A stretch of 64,000 nt of DNA. Origin: Takakia lepidozioides (lineage: Eukaryota; Plantae; Bryophyta). A model generated the notes under the pieces. It worked only from the letters and a program-made list of their open reading frames with translations. It was not told the origin of the DNA and searched no databases. This document shows positions 62,101 to 64,000 of this stretch, piece by piece. Positions within the stretch are counted from its first letter, which is position 1. Every line of letters begins with the position of its first letter. Location of the stretch: assembly GCA_030704615.1 (NCBI GenBank), contig CM060734.1:24986001-25050000 (forward strand), in the 5' to 3' direction. Position numbers and translations under genes: made by a program.

Positions 62101-62248
62101 CTCTGCAAGTGAGAGCTCTTTGGATTCAATGCAAGTAGTTAGTGAGCTGCAGCAGCCACAACTACTTTCTTTTGTGCCAATGGCAGGTCCTAAAATAGAC
62201 CCTGTAAATGGCTGGTTTAGCCTTGTTCCGAGTCCCGTGGAGGATTAG
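50112..62248 (+). CDS. Multi-exon ankyrin-repeat plus coiled-coil host gene (start and some exons uncertain; may begin at about 49488)
   Basis: Exons at about 50112-50330, 51141-51412, 51847-52201, 53211-53379, about 53722-53805, 54885-55025, 57417-57598, 58890-59965, 60351-60562 and 61373-62248. ANK motifs RTALHFA, GFTPLHMAA, GATPLLAAA, GVTPLIAAA, GKTALIHAV and GCTALHHGA. Confidence 0.8.
53001..53075 (-). mobile_element. 5'-truncated 75-bp LINE 3' end with a target-site duplication (CCCTTAGAAG)
   Basis: Identical to 55250-55324; inserted in an older RTE/RTEX-like LINE remnant (about 52880-53130). Confidence 0.85.
54085..54480 (+). mobile_element. Old RTE/RTEX-like LINE 3' remnant containing a about 40-bp young LINE insertion with TSD CTATCTCTTCTAAGG
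   Basis: RVGSHTLRRETGRW..ETEEQFFFHCPHYYEI. The insert at 54130-54169 is identical to the 3' end of the 55251-57280 LINE. Confidence 0.8.
55251..57280 (-). mobile_element. APE-type non-LTR retrotransposon (RTE/RTEX-like), internally deleted, with a perfect 15-bp TSD
   Basis: APE motifs QETW, VYMPP, LGDFNARVG, IVDYI and SDH; C-terminal CPLC..HFLIHCP; RT core absent. TSD TCTCTTCATGATATA at 55236-55250 and 57281-57295. Confidence 0.9.
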
Positions 62249-63479
62249 GAGTGAAGGCAGATCAACCGATAGATCCAAGGGTGAAAGCTCTGCCTCTCTT
62301 TCTTGAGTGACAGTGTCTAGACAATGCCTGCAGTTGCGTGGGGCTGAATCTGGGGTGGCTTATTTGGTAGGTGGATGCTCCAGTAAATAGTACTTGGAAA
62401 TCTCAATCCAGCTTCATCCATGAGATTAGTCCCAGTACAGGAGCCAGCCTTTAGCATGTTAGTCACCCTTGCTCCCTTCTCTGGCATCCGTCTGATTTGA
62501 ACACTAGTTTCTGATCAGTCAACCCCCTCTCCCAGGTCAGTGGTCTTGGTTAGCCAGGTACTGAGTACATTCTTTCACTCTCGTAGATTGCTCCTTAGCT
62601 TAACATCCATAGAAGGTCAACTGTAACTGTATAATATTATGGCATCTGGACTTATCCTCCATAAAAATGGAGGCTATTATTTCCCTGAGGTCGTATCATC
62701 CTTTGTACCCACAATTCTATCCAGGTAAAACTTCTGTCAAGCATTTGAGATGGGAACAAGCAGCCCCACATATGTGATGGTCGGATAAGCCCTCAAAATC
62801 AAACAGGTAAGACATTTAAATAGCGTACTTGAAAATTAGACACGAACAAAGTCATGTTTCGCAATAGAGTGATGTCCTACATGGGTAGGGGTGAACAATC
62901 CAGTAGCTCAGATGCTTATTAGTAAGATTGCGGTCCTCGTAAGCCAAAGGGCAATTGCTTCTGGACTTCGACAGGATCCTTCGATCTCATGTCCGCTAAC
63001 AAAGCTGCAGGCGTCATATTCTTCAGTCTGTTGAGCAGAACACACCAAAGTCCTTTACCAATACCGCCTAAGGAAGCCTGTTAAGGTTTTCACTTAACAC
63101 TTATAATGTGTTCATCGAGTCCCACCCATGCGATGGGAGCGAGGTAAGTCTTGCAAGGTTGATCAGTGACTTGAAAAGAAGACAAGATATGAGTAAAACA
63201 AGAGGTGAAGTTTCTGAACTTTACATGCTACTCATTCTATGAAGGACACGGCTTAAAGCTTACATTGAAAGAATCTATGTTTTAAAAACATCACTATCTC
63301 CTCTGCACTGTCATCCCTAACCTATTCAGTTTAAAAAATTGCAATTAAATATCTACTCACGGGGAGGATGACAAACTTGTTCCGACAGATCTTCCTTCAT
63401 CTGAAGAAGGATTTGGTAGCTCTCGGTTTTCTCTGAGTTGGCTTGCAAACTTTTGTGTGGTCAGATTCTTCAAGTTTGT

Positions 63480-63700
63480 AGTTGTGGAAGCGAGAGAGTG
63501 GCGGCATGGACCGAAAATATGACGGAAACCCCTGGACTATAACAAAAACCACAACTCTGAAATTGCCGTTGCTGGAGAAGAAAGACACGGCAGTCATGTT
63601 TGTTGGTCTCTCATCCTTCCTGAAGTCTGTGCCGATTTCTCGTGTGTGTCTTTCTATCTTCCAGCTGGGCCACTGCACCGCTGTTTTCTATCGGCGGCAA
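63480..63700 (+). mobile_element. Degenerate fragment of the same MULE transposase family (copy E)
   Basis: GMDRKYDGNPWTITKTTTLKL matches GMDRKYDGHPWCKTRTTNTKL of copy B. Confidence 0.65.
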
Positions 63701-64000
63701 CTCGTACACAATGTCCCCATGGTGATATGTTGCTATGACAGTGATGGTTTCTTTGTACATGTAGGTGTGCAGGTTTACATGCAACTTTACACGGAAGAAA
63801 ATGAGGAAGCAAATGGAGTGCTAACCAGAAATGTTTCTCGGCCTTATGTTCAAAGGCAACCCATGGAGCTTTTGTCTGACATGTTGAATGTTAGTACTGT
63901 ATGTGCCATGTATCATTGACATTAAGGGTTCCGTTATGTTTCCATCCTAGGTTGTCTCTTGAGCCGTGTTCCAACTTCAAATTGAGTGTGTTTCTGAGCA

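Overview
Eukaryotic nuclear DNA with GT-AG introns and PLS-type PPR remnants, most likely from a non-seed land plant (taxon is an inference). About 1-49 kb is a nested transposon graveyard: MCM4, PPR and RPL32 gene fragments, Helitron Rep and RPA-like pieces, a PIF/Harbinger piece, a degenerate hAT element with large palindromic subterminal arrays, and LINE pieces. About 49.5-62.2 kb is a multi-exon ankyrin/coiled-coil host gene with LINE insertions in its introns. The main finding is a Mutator-like (MULE) family present as two near-complete, diverged copies (A about 12.8-22.9 kb, B about 37.1-48.0 kb) plus three fragments. Each large copy has a + strand GCM/WRKY-like-DDE-SWIM transposase and a divergent, intron-containing - strand cargo gene. 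The cargo gene has an N-terminal ParB/Srx-like domain (DGNHR). Copy B shows a C-terminal bacterial-type beta-class amino (N6A/N4C) DNA methyltransferase domain (DIPH ... EKSP ... DLTAGTG); fragment C keeps two matching exons, and copy A is cut just before motif IV. Each subfamily carries its own palindrome many times, only in introns and intergenic DNA: TGTTCGGNNCCGAACA in B (same length and TGTT...AACA ends as bacterial parS) and TGAGTGCG-N4-CGCACTCA in A and C. I infer a transposon-borne ParB/parS-like plus DNA-amino-methyltransferase system for self-marking or anti-silencing. All copies here are pseudogenised, and domain calls come from motif recognition by eye, not from database searches.
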